Positions 1 to 11,393 of a DNA stretch of 64,000 nt are shown one piece after another. Below the pieces are notes generated by a model. It saw nothing but the letters and a program-made list of their open reading frames with translations. It was not told the DNA's origin and made no database searches. Source of the stretch: Salisapilia sapeloensis CBS 127946. Its lineage: Eukaryota; Protista; Oomycota. The stretch covers positions 1 to 64,000 of the forward strand of contig JAADVB010000088.1 of assembly GCA_023334545.1 (NCBI GenBank). Direction: 5' to 3'. The number at the start of each line of letters is the position of its first letter. Position 1 is the first letter of the stretch. Both the position numbers and the translations under genes were made by a program.

Positions 1-33
1 CTTTTTGCTTTTTTTTGCGTTATCTTTCGCCAT
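1..33 (-). CDS. Probable 5' end of a gene running off the left edge (MAKDNAKKSKK...)
   Basis: ATG at 33-31 on the minus strand, open to the window edge; divergent from the Bin3 gene across an AT-rich ~215-nt spacer. Too short to identify. Confidence 0.35.
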   Translation of the reverse strand, partial: MAKDNAKKSKK

Positions 34-248
34 CTTTTTAAGCGCCCAAGCATGTGCCCTCCTCCGAAACAACCGCAAAGAGGTCTCTACAGAAACGCTA
101 AAGCTGAAAAACGTGATAAATTTATTATAAAATAGACTTTGATGAAAAGTGATAAGTGAATTAAAGTAAGAGTTAAAATACCTTTACAGCCTCTGATAAA
201 ATGAGAATTTTAATATTAGCCACGAACACAAACCAAGACAAGAAGTCG

Positions 249-1464
249 ATGAATCCAAGCACAGACGATACTGCCTTTCAGAAGACCAAGCGGAAGCGGT
301 TGGATCAAGTAAACAATGAATTGGAAGCTACAGCTACCAATGGTGCTTATGAAGTCGAGTCTACACGGTCAATGCAACACCAACGTAGCAACAAGCGGCC
401 CAATAAGAGACACAAGCCAGCAAAGCAACAGCATGTAGGCAACTTTAGAAGGTACCATCAGACTCTTTTTATGTTTAAGTGCATCTGCAACTTTCATATC
501 GCTGAATTGAATAATTGACTTTAACGTATTTGATGTGCTAGCTACTACACATATCGACTAGGACAGCAGTACCAAGGCAAGTTAGAGCAAGACCCTCGCC
601 TATCCGCTATAGACCACGACTGGATAAAGGATAAAACCGTGCTTGACATTGGCTGCAACTCTGGCGAGCTCACGATTGCACTAGGTAACACATTTATTCA
701 AAGTTATGATGAAAAACACTGACATGTTGGCATACGTAGCGAAACAATTTGCTCCCCAAAGTATTGTTGGCATTGATATAGATGCACAGCTCATTTCTCA
801 AGCACGAAGGAACATCAAGGACCTCTTCCAGAAGCAAAAGGTCGAGTCTGCCTTTGCTTCCATTGCGGACAAGACTGAGTCCAGCACAAACGGATCGGAT
901 GGAAAGAATGCTATGCCACTTTCGTTCCAGCTATGGAAAGCTCCACCTGCCACAGCGTCGAAAGACGAGTCAAAAGACACGAACAAGCATTCCTTTCCTC
1001 GCAACATTCTTTTCAAACGCGAGGACATTACATCTGACAAGCATACCGTCCACGACACCTACGATGTCATCACTTGGTAACTACACTTCATCTCCATTTG
1101 CTACATTTAATCTAATCTATACACATTTTCTAGTTTCAGTGTGACGAAATGGATCCATTTATTTCACGGAGACACCGGGATCAAATCTTTCTTTGATAAA
1201 GTATTTCGTCTTTTATCTCCTGGTGGCCGATTTCTATTCGAGCCACAGCCTTGGAAATCCTATCACAAACGCAAATTCACTTCGGACGTGACTGCTGCGA
1301 ACTATGATCAAATCCAATTACGCCCCAAGTTCTTTCCAGAACACTTGACAACATCCGTCGGCTTTGAATCATGTGACTTGATACAAGTATGCCAAACGTC
1401 CGCAAAGGGATTTAAGCGACCTGTTTACGTTGCTGTCAAGCCACTTGCGAAAGACAAGGAATAG
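249..1464 (+). CDS. MEPCE: 7SK snRNA methylphosphate capping enzyme / Bin3-type SAM methyltransferase (4 exons)
   Basis: Spliced by eye (introns ~452-541, ~684-740, ~1077-1133): GNFRSYYTYR, SAM motif VLDIGCNSG, GIDID, Bin3 core CFSVTKWIHLFHGDTG...GGRFLFEPQPWKSY. Confidence 0.9.
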
Positions 1465-1556
1465 TTAATAGGAAACGTTCCAAAATAATTAGTTTGGATA
1501 CCAACCCCCTGCACCTTCATTTGTTCGTGTTAAAGCGATACGCATGGGTCTACTCC

Positions 1557-2098
1557 CTACTCTCGAAACGCCGCTCCTCGTCTCTCTTGCGCTACAAGCA
1601 CATAACAAGTTAGATGTTGTCATTAATACCAATAGGCAACGTTTCCGATAGAAGGCAATGACATGAAAGACTTGCACGTTGCCTTTTACATGCCTTTCAT
1701 GTATAAAAGGAGATTAGCTTACCTTTGCGTATGATACCAGCGGCCTGCCCTCGCTGATTCGCACCTGCTGGACCGCCATGGCCAAGACTCGGGATCGAGC
1801 CTCGATGCTTTTTCCACAGCTTGACACGCTTGAACATCGGTGCGTGCTTGAGCATATCGGGGAATATGATGTACAATATCTGACTGCCTCGTAAATAAAC
1901 TTGGTCAACATGCGTCGATCGGCCGTGGGGATCCGTCCGAACGGCGTCCTTGAGCACACAGTTCATATTGTCTTCAGTCTCATCTAAGAAACCACGAAAG
2001 ACATCTCCGACTTTCATCTCAATCGTCACGATCGTGCCTTCGCCATCATGCAGCAAGATCGTCGGGATGCCAACACCTCGCTTGCCTGTGACCGCCAT
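1557..2098 (-). CDS. SNRPD3: Small nuclear ribonucleoprotein Sm D3 (2 exons)
   Basis: MTGKRGVGIPTILLHDGEGTIVTIEMKVGDVFRG...EDNMNC...VYLRGSQILYIIFPDMLKHAPMFK. Donor GTAAG at 1722; short last exon ending TAG at 1557. Confidence 0.92.
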
Positions 2099-2272
2099 GC
2101 TTACTGCGACCAGTCCAATGTACTCGGCAATGATACGTTTCATACAGTAGCAAATGAAAAGGAATGTGCAAGTGTATATTAAGTACCACTACGTCCCTCG
2201 TCCCTTACATTAATGCAGTCATTCATGAGACGAAGCCATGACAAGGAGTACCGACAGTATACGAGCGAAGGG

Positions 2273-3392
2273 ATGTCGGAACTACTCGATGATGCGCAAT
2301 GGCGTGGAGTCATCCGCACAGCCTCTGGACTCGGCGCTGGAGCCATTTCCACAGTGCTCTTGTACCCGCTTGACCTGGTGAAAGTCCGCTATCAAGTACA
2401 TGCAGGTTCCTCTCGCCCGTATCAATCACTGCCGCATGCATTCCGATCGGTCGTAGCCGAGCATGGCTTTCGTTCGCTATTCCGAGGCATGAGTCCAGCT
2501 CTGTATGGAGCTACCATCAGTTGGGGGTTATACATGTTCTTTTACGCTCAAGCGAAAGAGCGATATGAGAGCATGACTGAAGACGGTCAATTGCGTCCTG
2601 GAAGTTGGCAGTTTTTCATGTCTGGCATTGAAGCAGGGTGCATCTGTGTCCCTCTGACGAACCCAATTTGGCTCATCAAAACCAGAATGCAAGTGCAGAC
2701 TAGACGAAACGCACAACATGCAAGTGTAGATACTAGCAAAGATGCTGCGTCCAAAATAGCCCGACAGAATCTTCCGTACTCGAGTGTCTCAAGTACTATC
2801 CTGCTTGTATGTAAAGCTATCATACGGGAAACTCACGCATGTATACTATAGATGCGTTCCGTCGGATTGTAGCGGAAGAAGGTTTCTTATCACTCTATCG
2901 TGGGATGATTCCAGCCTTTATCTTGACGACCAATGGCGCTTTTAAAGTATTTCGTTATCTACTACTACTACCATGGATATGCTGCTGATAAAGATGATAG
3001 TTCTTTGCGTATGAAGCTTTAAAAGGAACGTATCAGACCCACGTGAGTCCAGACATGTCGATCGTACCGACATTGGCCATGGGTGCCTTATCCCAATCCT
3101 TTGCATCGACCATCACGTACCCGTACCAGGTCATCAAAGCCCGACTGCAACAAGGAGGCCCGTCCGCTCTTGCGTACAATGGCACGTGGGACTGCACCAA
3201 GAAGATCTTCTTGTAAGCTACTTTATTCCATGTCTCAATGGACATCACTAAGTCGTATGTAGACACGAGGGCTACACTGGTTTTTTCAAAGGCTTGTCAG
3301 CAAACATATTGAAAGTCATGCCCACAGGCGCCATCGTGTTCGCCTCATATGAAAAGATCAACTCGACATTAACCAGTCTTGTTTTCAAATAG
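2273..3392 (+). CDS. Mitochondrial carrier, folate/FAD transporter type (SLC25A32-like), 4 exons; start could be 2213 or 2225
   Basis: Three carrier repeats with signatures YPLDLVK, NPIWLIK and YPYQVIKARLQ (the PxW and PxQ variants are typical of the folate/FAD carrier subfamily); stop TAG 3390-3392 after splicing. Confidence 0.85.
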
Positions 3393-3423
3393 AGAAAAAA
3401 GTGTCGTTCGGGTACCAATCTAT

Positions 3424-4184
3424 TTAAAACATTTCGTCCTCTACACGCAGGTACTCTCCGATATCGGCTTGGTGGAGCACGACGTAGGCCGTCGGATCCA
3501 AGTTCTTACACATCTCCGTCGCTTGGGCCGCAATACCAAAGCCGAGCGGCACGTCGTTCATGCTATAGACGACGACACCAGCGTACTGCGGCGTGCTCTC
3601 TGTGATACGACCGAGGCCGGACTTGACAACGTTGTTTCCGTAGAGGAAAGACATCTCCGAGTTGGGCTTGATCCATACTTTGTACTAAAGACGACGTGAG
3701 ACGAGAATACAAGTAGAAGGAGAAGAGCATGTACCTTGGCGTATTGCGCGAGGTAGTCTAGGAAGGTGATACGTAGGTGGAACTTCTTGGTCTTGGTGAA
3801 CTTGCCGACGGCTGTGCCGAGCGACTGGAGCTCGTCCGAACCGACGTTGGTGGCTTGACGCATGAGCTTCTCACTGCAGTAGTAGACGAGGTTCCCGTGG
3901 AGACGGAAGCAGTATTTTTCATCCGGACGAGTGACCAAATGCTGGACATTCTTACCAATGCTAGAAAGAGAGTTAGATATTTTACTGGTAGTGCCGGTTG
4001 GAAGCAGAGTACGTACTATTTGCTAACCTTCTCAAAGACAGTCTAGTAGGAGGCAGATGCATAGCATTGATACATGTTAGTCAAGCCATTTTCCGAGTCA
4101 ATACGATAGTTATGATAATATAATTAATGGTAGCTTGGAGATGGGTCATCGTACCTTTAGTTCTTCATCCGTTAACGGTCTCAT
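3424..4184 (-). CDS. NIP7: 60S ribosome subunit biogenesis protein NIP7 (4 exons)
   Basis: [10 protein letters not shown]|TVFEKVSKY|IGKNVQHLV...YCFRLH...[28 protein letters not shown]...[18 protein letters not shown]...[13 protein letters not shown]. Confidence 0.95.
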
Positions 4185-4545
4185 TGTTTCCGGTTGCTTG
4201 GTAAAGGTAGAGGTAAGTAGTCCTTGATACCTCGGATGGAAATGGGTTTAATTGGTGGACTGGCGGTCGAACCTTTGATCGGCAGTACTGGAGCCATCTC
4301 CGGCGCTGTCATGCTCTCTCACAGGTACCTCTTCGTCATTTAAAATCAAAGATTCGCAGTTTATGTCTCTCTGCATACAAAACCCAGTACAATTACAGTT
4401 ATTTACGTCGATTTGCTGAAATATTACAAGTAGTTTACATGTGCTGTATTAAATTACGAAAAGGCAAGTGGTTGGCTCAGGTCTTCGCAACCAGCAATAA
4501 GCTCCATTTCAGTCCACGCCAAAGGAATAAGGAACAGTTTTAGCC

Positions 4546-5192
4546 ATGGAGAACAAGGTCGAGTCGGTACAGACTTTCGGGCGTAAGAAGAACGCTACGG
4601 CGGTTGCTTACTGCAAGCGCGGTCACGGCCTCATCAAGGTCAACGGCCAGCCGATTGAGCTCGTCGAGCCGGAGGTCCTCCGTGTCAAGACGTACGAGCC
4701 CGTGCTTTTGCTCGGACAGCAGCGTTTCGCCAACGTATGTATCTCTCTCCTACTTGTACTAGTCTAGCACGCATAGCCGTTCTCATGATGACCATCAACG
4801 ACCATCATACCACGCGTATAGTGGTCACGACTGGATCATCCATGCTGCTACTAGTCCTCAAGTCAATCCTATTGTACTCACTCTTGCCAATAGGTTGACA
4901 TCCGTATCCGCGTAAAGGGTGGTGGTTACACTGCTCAGATCTACGCCATCCGTCAGGCCATTGCCAAGGCCATCGTCGCTTACTACCAGAAGTGTATGTT
5001 CTAATCTTGGATGGAAGCAACTTCATGACGCTAATGATCTACATAGACGTTGACGAGGCTTCCAAGAAGGAGATCAAGGACATCTTGATGGCCTACGACC
5101 GTACCCTTCTTGTGGCGGACCCGCGTCGCTGCGAGCCCAAGAAGTTCGGTGGTAAGAGCGCCCGCGCTCGTTTCCAGAAGTCGTACCGTTAG
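4546..5192 (+). CDS. RPS16: 40S ribosomal protein S16 (uS9), 3 exons
   Basis: [27 protein letters not shown]...[11 protein letters not shown]...[24 protein letters not shown]; introns 4735-4893 and ~4994-5046; strong C/G-ending codon bias. Confidence 0.97.
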
Positions 5193-5412
5193 ATACATTT
5201 TCAACCTCTTCCACATCACGGGGGGAAGAGGGTGGAGGGTGTCTGTCGAGTGGGCATTTCATTCAATGCTTCATGGTATCCTTTGGCCGAGATAGGGAAG
5301 AGTCGAGTGACTCTAATAAAACTGTTACTTTCTCTTCTCGTACGCCATTGTCTTTTCTTTTTATACATTGCCACCTATTTTGAACTTGAAGTCCGATGAA
5401 TCGAACTTCAAA

Positions 5413-7047
5413 ATGGAGAGTCGAGGAGCTCGCTTCGTGCAGCAGAACCTAGAGCTCCTGGGCTTTGGCACACATGCCAATGCATTAGTACAGGCTGTGA
5501 AAGAGCTCTTTGAAAATGGTGCGTACTTAGAGGTAGATGCACGCTCTAGAGGGATGTAAGTATGAGTTAATGACCTTCTCGACAGCATTGGATGCCATTT
5601 GGAGTAGTGAACCAAGCGATATTACGGAAGAGATGGGTCAAGATGAAATGCTACGCATATCTGTGCGAGATGTGCTTTTGCCTGATGAGCAAGCAACTCG
5701 TGTGGTGGAAATTGTTTGCAGTGATACTGGTGGTGGCATTCAAACCCATCGCATCCAGCAGCTCTGTTGTGGTATCTTCGAGACCACCAAAGCTTGCACT
5801 ACAACCTCGGACCCGACCACCGCTGTAACAAGTGGGAAATTCGGTAATTTGCTGTACTCTTTGCACGCAGTCTAGATAAATAGATGCTTTTTTTATCAAG
5901 TCCTAGACTACCTCATTTCGAATGCAACTAACAAACTTATACAGGAATTGGATTGAAAGGAGCCATGCTATACAGTCAGCAGCATAGTCACGAGCAAAGC
6001 TGTCTCAAGCTCTCGACGACATCAGCAAACACTTCCGACATCCTACATGCTCACTTACAAATCGGATGTACGACGGACCAAAATGCCATCGTACAGCACG
6101 TGCAAAGCTTTCAAATGGATGAAAGTCACGTCGATTTCTCTGGCACGGAAATGAGACTACAACTCCCACTTCCAGATACGAATGAAGAACTGGAAGATGT
6201 AGCTGATACATTAGCCATTTACTTTCAAACGTTCCGTTATTCATGTCCAAGCTACTTGGCCATTGATTTCCATTTCCACGTGCGTGAAATCCAGCTAGAT
6301 CTACAAATTCAATCTGGAGAAGAACCGGAGCATCGACTTTTAGATGACTTTCGAGTGGATTTGGATGATGTCGTCTACGTTCAAGAGGAGAGCAGTGACC
6401 TTGCTGTTTCCATAAGCTGCATCGCTTTGCTCCAAGGCAGCACAATCATGACAGAAGCCACTGATTTCGACATTTGTCTACTGCGCTATGCGAATCACGT
6501 CCCTCTCATCAACAACGATGATATCTGGATCGGTGGTATGGCCAAAGGCTTGCTGAATAAAAAAGTATGGCGAAAGCATGGATACATATGTAGACCGAAC
6601 TCGACATCACCCCTACTAAACCAATTCAAAGCAAATCCACGAGGCAGTCGCAATAAGAAAGACCAAACAAGTCCTTTTACACTTGTTCTAGCCATCGACA
6701 TCAGCTCCAATGTTTGTGAAGACAGAACGGGTGGACTGCGATATGGATGCTTAAAGAAGAGTATACTGGACGACTGCTACAGCCACCTCGTCTCTAGTTG
6801 CTGTGCGCAATTAGTCCAAAAGCTCGTGGATCAAAGCGTCTTGGCTTCACCATTTATAGAACGGGATAAAAGCATCATCGATACGTACGCTCCCTTCATC
6901 GCAAATATTGTTGCGAATATCTCCAATACAAGCACGAGTGTTGGTGGTATGTGGGATGCATCCTCCGTCGACAGACCTTACATCGATCAAGAGGACGTGA
7001 CGACCAGGTTACAACAGCTTCTACGTCAACAGCTTCATTTCAAATGA
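5413..7047 (+). CDS. DNA topoisomerase VI subunit B-like protein (TOP6B/MTOPVIB), 3 exons, ~488 aa
   Basis: Exons 5413-5518, 5586-5843 and 5945-7047 join in frame. GHKL motifs VKELFENALDA, DTGGGI and SGKFGIGLKG; transducer motifs LLRYANHVPL and VWRKHG. Confidence 0.85.
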
Positions 7048-7081
7048 ATATGCTTTCTTTCACTACTCTTGTCTTTCCTTA

Positions 7082-8761
7082 TTAGCTACATCCATTGCCG
7101 CCTACAAAAACAAGACAAGAGGTCGATTGGTTGATGGACAGCGCATTCACCGCCACCGACCAGGCCAATGCGATCAGCACGTACGTGAGCGTCACGTAGC
7201 CCATGAAACGACTACTTCCTCCTTCGCGTCTCAATTGCTGCGTTTCTGCCTTTTGTCGTGGTAGCAACGGTAGAAACAGGAGACCACAAAAGTTGATCAA
7301 ATAGCGTATGATCAAGACGTAGGTTACGTCCCATCGAACATGAGTCGAGTCGATCATGATGTCAGTGTTTGTGACGTCGAACTGGGCGTTCACCGTCTTG
7401 GTTAATGAACTTGCAAAGGGAGACGCGAGATTGGAGACGGTCGTAACCAGACCATAGACTGCTGCCTCACTATCTCCATCACAAAGCTCGACTACGACGT
7501 AGGTGGCGATGATAAAGCCAACACCTTGTGGAATATTCTCTACGATTGGAACGCCGAGCCAAAACCATTGATTCCGGACGATGTCCCACGTCGTAAGGAA
7601 CGATACGATCATATCTACGACAAGTACGGACACAAGTGTGATTGCATGCATCCATCGCCAGTCCCATTGCAAACCAAACTTTCCGGTGAAGAAGAGTGCA
7701 GAGGCAAAGATCACAGTTCCGACGATGGTAAAAATCTTGTCGTTCAGCGGCGTGGCCTCAGCCCAGTAGCTTTGCATCGGGTCACCACAAGTAATCGTGA
7801 AGCTTTCAAAGAGACCGGAAAGGAACTTGTAAGCAATCACTTGGTACATCGACCGCATTTGTAGTAGTGTCCAGAACTTGATCATGTACTCTTTTAAAGA
7901 TGAACCAGGATGCTTCTCTTCGTCGATAAAGTACCATGTCACTGGAATGACTGGTAATATGCAGAACGCGATGATGACCATCAGTTGTGGGAACGAAAGG
8001 GAAAAGTTGAACTCTCCACCATAGTCGTGACCGTTGAAGGCAAAGCCGATGAAGACGTTGGAGATCATGACAAAGATAGTACGAACGAGGTAGACTGTTG
8101 TTTGCGTCTTGCCTCGGATACTCTCTGGCTCTCGTTGCGCTAGCTCGACAACAAGTCCATCCGCAGCTACGTCGGATCCGACGTAAGCGACGGCAGCGAG
8201 CGTCATCAGTACGATAAATTTGCTACCTTGTTCTGGTGCATCGAAATTTACAATGGATGTGATATTGGACGGCCGCTCGACTGGATTCATGTGGACGTAC
8301 TGTGGATCTGGAAAGTAAGGATCACCAGCATCCATACATCCCATGACAAGGAGCACGACAAAGCAAAGGGTCCATCCGATAATCATAAATGGGCGGCGGC
8401 GATATCCAAAGATCGGATAGCAGTCGCAGATGACACCGTATACAACTTTAAACGACCATGGCAACATCAACAAGACACGCGCAGACACTAGCTGTGTCCC
8501 TTCCATTTGCAGGTAATTGAGCAGGAAAGGATAGATGACACCTGGAAGAGCGCCATAGAGAAGTCCGACGGCTGCGTACTGGGCCAAGAGACCAATGTAG
8601 CGACGACTCCAGATATTTGGAGCGCCACCAGAACGGAGTGCACCTTGCTCTAGACGGTTATCTTGAGGAGTTGCAAGGCGGACATAGCTTTCTTCATGCC
8701 TGCTGCCGAAAAACGGAGACGATAGAAAGGATACTCGGTCCAGTTCTTTGGCAGGATTCAT
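7082..8761 (-). CDS. Folate-biopterin transporter (FBT/BT1) family MFS protein
   Basis: 559-aa intronless ORF with ~12 hydrophobic segments; LPWSFKVVYGVICDCYPIFGYRRRPFMIIGW and DVAADGLVVELAQREP are typical of the oomycete FBT family. Confidence 0.88.
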   Translation of the reverse strand: MNPAKELDRVSFLSSPFFGSRHEESYVRLATPQDNRLEQGALRSGGAPNIWSRRYIGLLAQYAAVGLLYGALPGVIYPFLLNYLQMEGTQLVSARVLLMLPWSFKVVYGVICDCYPIFGYRRRPFMIIGWTLCFVVLLVMGCMDAGDPYFPDPQYVHMNPVERPSNITSIVNFDAPEQGSKFIVLMTLAAVAYVGSDVAADGLVVELAQREPESIRGKTQTTVYLVRTIFVMISNVFIGFAFNGHDYGGEFNFSLSFPQLMVIIAFCILPVIPVTWYFIDEEKHPGSSLKEYMIKFWTLLQMRSMYQVIAYKFLSGLFESFTITCGDPMQSYWAEATPLNDKIFTIVGTVIFASALFFTGKFGLQWDWRWMHAITLVSVLVVDMIVSFLTTWDIVRNQWFWLGVPIVENIPQGVGFIIATYVVVELCDGDSEAAVYGLVTTVSNLASPFASSLTKTVNAQFDVTNTDIMIDSTHVRWDVTYVLIIRYLINFCGLLFLPLLPRQKAETQQLRREGGSSRFMGYVTLTYVLIALAWSVAVNALSINQSTSCLVFVGGNGCS

Positions 8762-9568
8762 GCTCGTAGTGCCACGGATGACAATGACGTTTAGGGATGC
8801 TGCTGAATGGATGCGAGTGCTGAGAAAGCTTTAATTCTGAAGCTTGGTTTTTGCGTCTGATACCTGTGGTCGTAGCGTGTGACCAAACTAAGAATGAGAA
8901 GCACTACAGATGTGGACATGAATACATTTCTGCGCTCAAATTCTATCGATACGTCATGATCCAATCTGAATACTTTTCTTGAACGTTTATGATAATGTGT
9001 ACGAATGAGATTGAAAGAAGCGGATGAGAAGTAACTTCCTTGGAAGGAGAAATGCTCAGAGCAGATAGGATCGTCTTCCATGTATGAAACCATTTCATCT
9101 GGACATATCTTTCATATAATGAAGATAATACAAATGCTAGTGTCTCGATAAAGACGCTAAGTTGAAGTGATTAATTTGGAATCTTGGCAATCATGTCGAG
9201 TGCACGAGCCTTGGGTTGAGTTTCCACATTTTAGTACCTTCGTAATTTTCCAATCGTCGTGCGACTGATTCAGAGACACATTGAGCGTAGAGGGTTATTG
9301 TCTCTACGTTGGTGCTTTCAAAAATCCCCTTTGCAATGTTCATCGACATTAAAGATGACAAGCGATGTCGGTGTTTCTGTACCTTTGACATCTGAGTAGG
9401 TGCATGCTTTAGAAGGATTTATATGTCGGACAAAAAGGTGTAGCAAGATCTTCATGTGAGATCAGACACAGATAATGAAAGCGAGGGACTAAATTGCTCT
9501 TCGCTTATCACGACGTAGGCTTTGCATGCCACCACACCGACCATAAGCATTCTTTGGGTGCCTCAGGA

Positions 9569-9584
9569 GCTCATTTTCAAATTC
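9569..9584 (+). promoter_or_regulatory. Oomycete Inr+FPR core promoter element upstream of subtilase 1
   Basis: GCTCATTTTCAAATTC matches GCTCATTYBNNNWTTY exactly, ~38 nt before the ATG at 9622. Confidence 0.7.
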
Positions 9585-9621
9585 AACTGCTTTGAGGCAA
9601 GTAGCTGCCTACTACTTAATC

Positions 9622-11190
9622 ATGGGTTTGCTAGGTTTCCAAGCCTTGCCCATCATTCTGCTCCTCTTCACTGTAAGTGCTGTGCACATTCATCCAAATG
9701 TGCATCGCACACTTCAAGAAGAAGGCTCTGTCAATCTCATTGTGACAATGCAACCTGCTCCTTCAATTAAACATCATGATGTTGATCCAGATGCATCTCG
9801 AAGTGACCGCATCACTGATCTCGTTGCCCAGCTGCGTTCAGATGCCAAAGCAACCCAACAATCCGTGAACGCTGCCCTCAAAAGCATCTCGTCGTTCAGT
9901 ACCACCGACAACCCCTTGTATGTGCAAACGCATAGTTTCTGGATTACCAACCATGTCTACATCGAAGGAGCCACACCAATTGTTGTAGAAAAGCTAAAAG
10001 ATTGCTCTCACGTGGAGCAGGTGAGGAAGGAGTCTATCCTTCCACTTCCAGCCGTCCTGCAATCAACATCCACGGACTCATCGCCTCTTCAATCATCTCC
10101 AGAGTGGGGCCTAAATCTCATTCAAGCTCCACAAGTCTGGCAGTCAGGCAACACCGGACAAGATATTGTCGTGTCGAGCATTGACACTGGCGTAAGAGGA
10201 ACGCATGAAGCTTTGCAATCAAACTATCGTTCTGAATACGGATGGTTTGATCCGGAAAGCAAAAAGGATGAGCCGTATGATCTTAATGGACATGGCACAC
10301 ATACGATGGGAACCATCGCTGGTAACCACGGCATTGGAGTTGCCCCTGGCGCTACCTGGATGAGCTGCAAAGGTTGTCGGCCAGATGGCTGCTCTGAGTC
10401 AGATCTGCTTAGCTGTGCTCAATTCATCTTGTGCCCAACGGACAGTCAAGGGAACAATGAGGATTGCTCCAAGGCACCACACGTCGTGAGCAATAGTTGG
10501 GGTGGGCCATCTGATAACGATATTTTTCAAGCTGCTGTGAGCGCTTGGGAGAAAGCAGGCATCATACCCGTCTTTGCCAATGGCAATAGCGGTCCAGGAT
10601 GCAAGTCGACAATGTCTCCTGCAGAATATGCCAATGTCATCGCTGTTGGAGCAACCGATAGCGACGATACATTAGCCAGCTTTAGCAGTCGAGGTCCATC
10701 ATATAATGGGTTGCAAAAGCCTGACGTCTCTGCTCCTGGTAAAAATGTCCGGTCTGCATGGAAGGACAGTGACGACACGTACGTGACTATCTCTGGCACA
10801 AGCATGGCGACACCTCATGTCAGTGGGGCGGTAGCCCTGCTGCTCCAACAAAGAGGCAAATTGGAGTACAAGGACGTTTGGAAGGCATTAACGGAAAGCT
10901 GTGACACCCAGCTTGGCACCGTGAGCGACACATGCGTGGTGAATACTAACGATACATCGTATCCGAATTACGATTATGGCTATGGTAGAATCAATATAGC
11001 AAAAGCTGTACAAGGACACAGCAACTCGAGTGCTGGACGACGACTAGATGAAGCGACTATCACTGTGTTGAGCACATCGACATCTACCGATGAAGACAAT
11101 GAGTGCATCGGACTGGAGGCGGATGCCTGTGCCCAAATGCTCTTTTGCGAATGGGATGCCACCAAGAATGAGTGCTTTACTTGGCTATAA
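9622..11190 (+). CDS. Secreted subtilisin-like serine protease (S8A, bacillopeptidase F-like) with C-terminal Cys-rich tail
   Basis: Signal peptide, I9-like prodomain, catalytic D (IDTG), H (HGTHT) and S (GTSMATPH), oxyanion N (ANGNSG); intronless. Confidence 0.93.
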   Translation: MGLLGFQALPIILLLFTVSAVHIHPNVHRTLQEEGSVNLIVTMQPAPSIKHHDVDPDASRSDRITDLVAQLRSDAKATQQSVNAALKSISSFSTTDNPLYVQTHSFWITNHVYIEGATPIVVEKLKDCSHVEQVRKESILPLPAVLQSTSTDSSPLQSSPEWGLNLIQAPQVWQSGNTGQDIVVSSIDTGVRGTHEALQSNYRSEYGWFDPESKKDEPYDLNGHGTHTMGTIAGNHGIGVAPGATWMSCKGCRPDGCSESDLLSCAQFILCPTDSQGNNEDCSKAPHVVSNSWGGPSDNDIFQAAVSAWEKAGIIPVFANGNSGPGCKSTMSPAEYANVIAVGATDSDDTLASFSSRGPSYNGLQKPDVSAPGKNVRSAWKDSDDTYVTISGTSMATPHVSGAVALLLQQRGKLEYKDVWKALTESCDTQLGTVSDTCVVNTNDTSYPNYDYGYGRINIAKAVQGHSNSSAGRRLDEATITVLSTSTSTDEDNECIGLEADACAQMLFCEWDATKNECFTWL

Positions 11191-11393
11191 AGATAAACGC
11201 AAAACATCTCAAGCATCACGGCAATAAGCGAGCTAGTACTCCAGCAATACAAGCGTTATTGACTCGCTTATTCTAGTTTCCACATCGATCCCAAGTTACC
11301 GTTAACTAAATATATCCAAAAGCAACGAGCAATTTAGCCCATATACTGATTCAGACTCGACTCTGCGCACGAGCATTTGGATCGACGAGGTCA

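Noticed and set aside
4153-4312. Possible spliced uORF overlapping the NIP7 start
   Set aside because: Requires a 34-nt intron, shorter than the well-supported introns here, and probably lies upstream of the TSS in the NIP7/RPS16 bidirectional promoter.
4785-4835. Box C-like ATGATGA in RPS16 intron 1, suggesting an intronic C/D snoRNA
   Set aside because: No CTGA box D downstream within the intron (only CTGGA), and the C box is not adjacent to the terminal stem.
8791-9391. Short ORFs (100 aa, 66 aa) between the FBT gene and subtilase 1; similar ones at 29682-29978, 34281-34834 and 35586-35968
   Set aside because: No recognisable motifs, signal peptides or codon bias; consistent with random ORFs in spacers.
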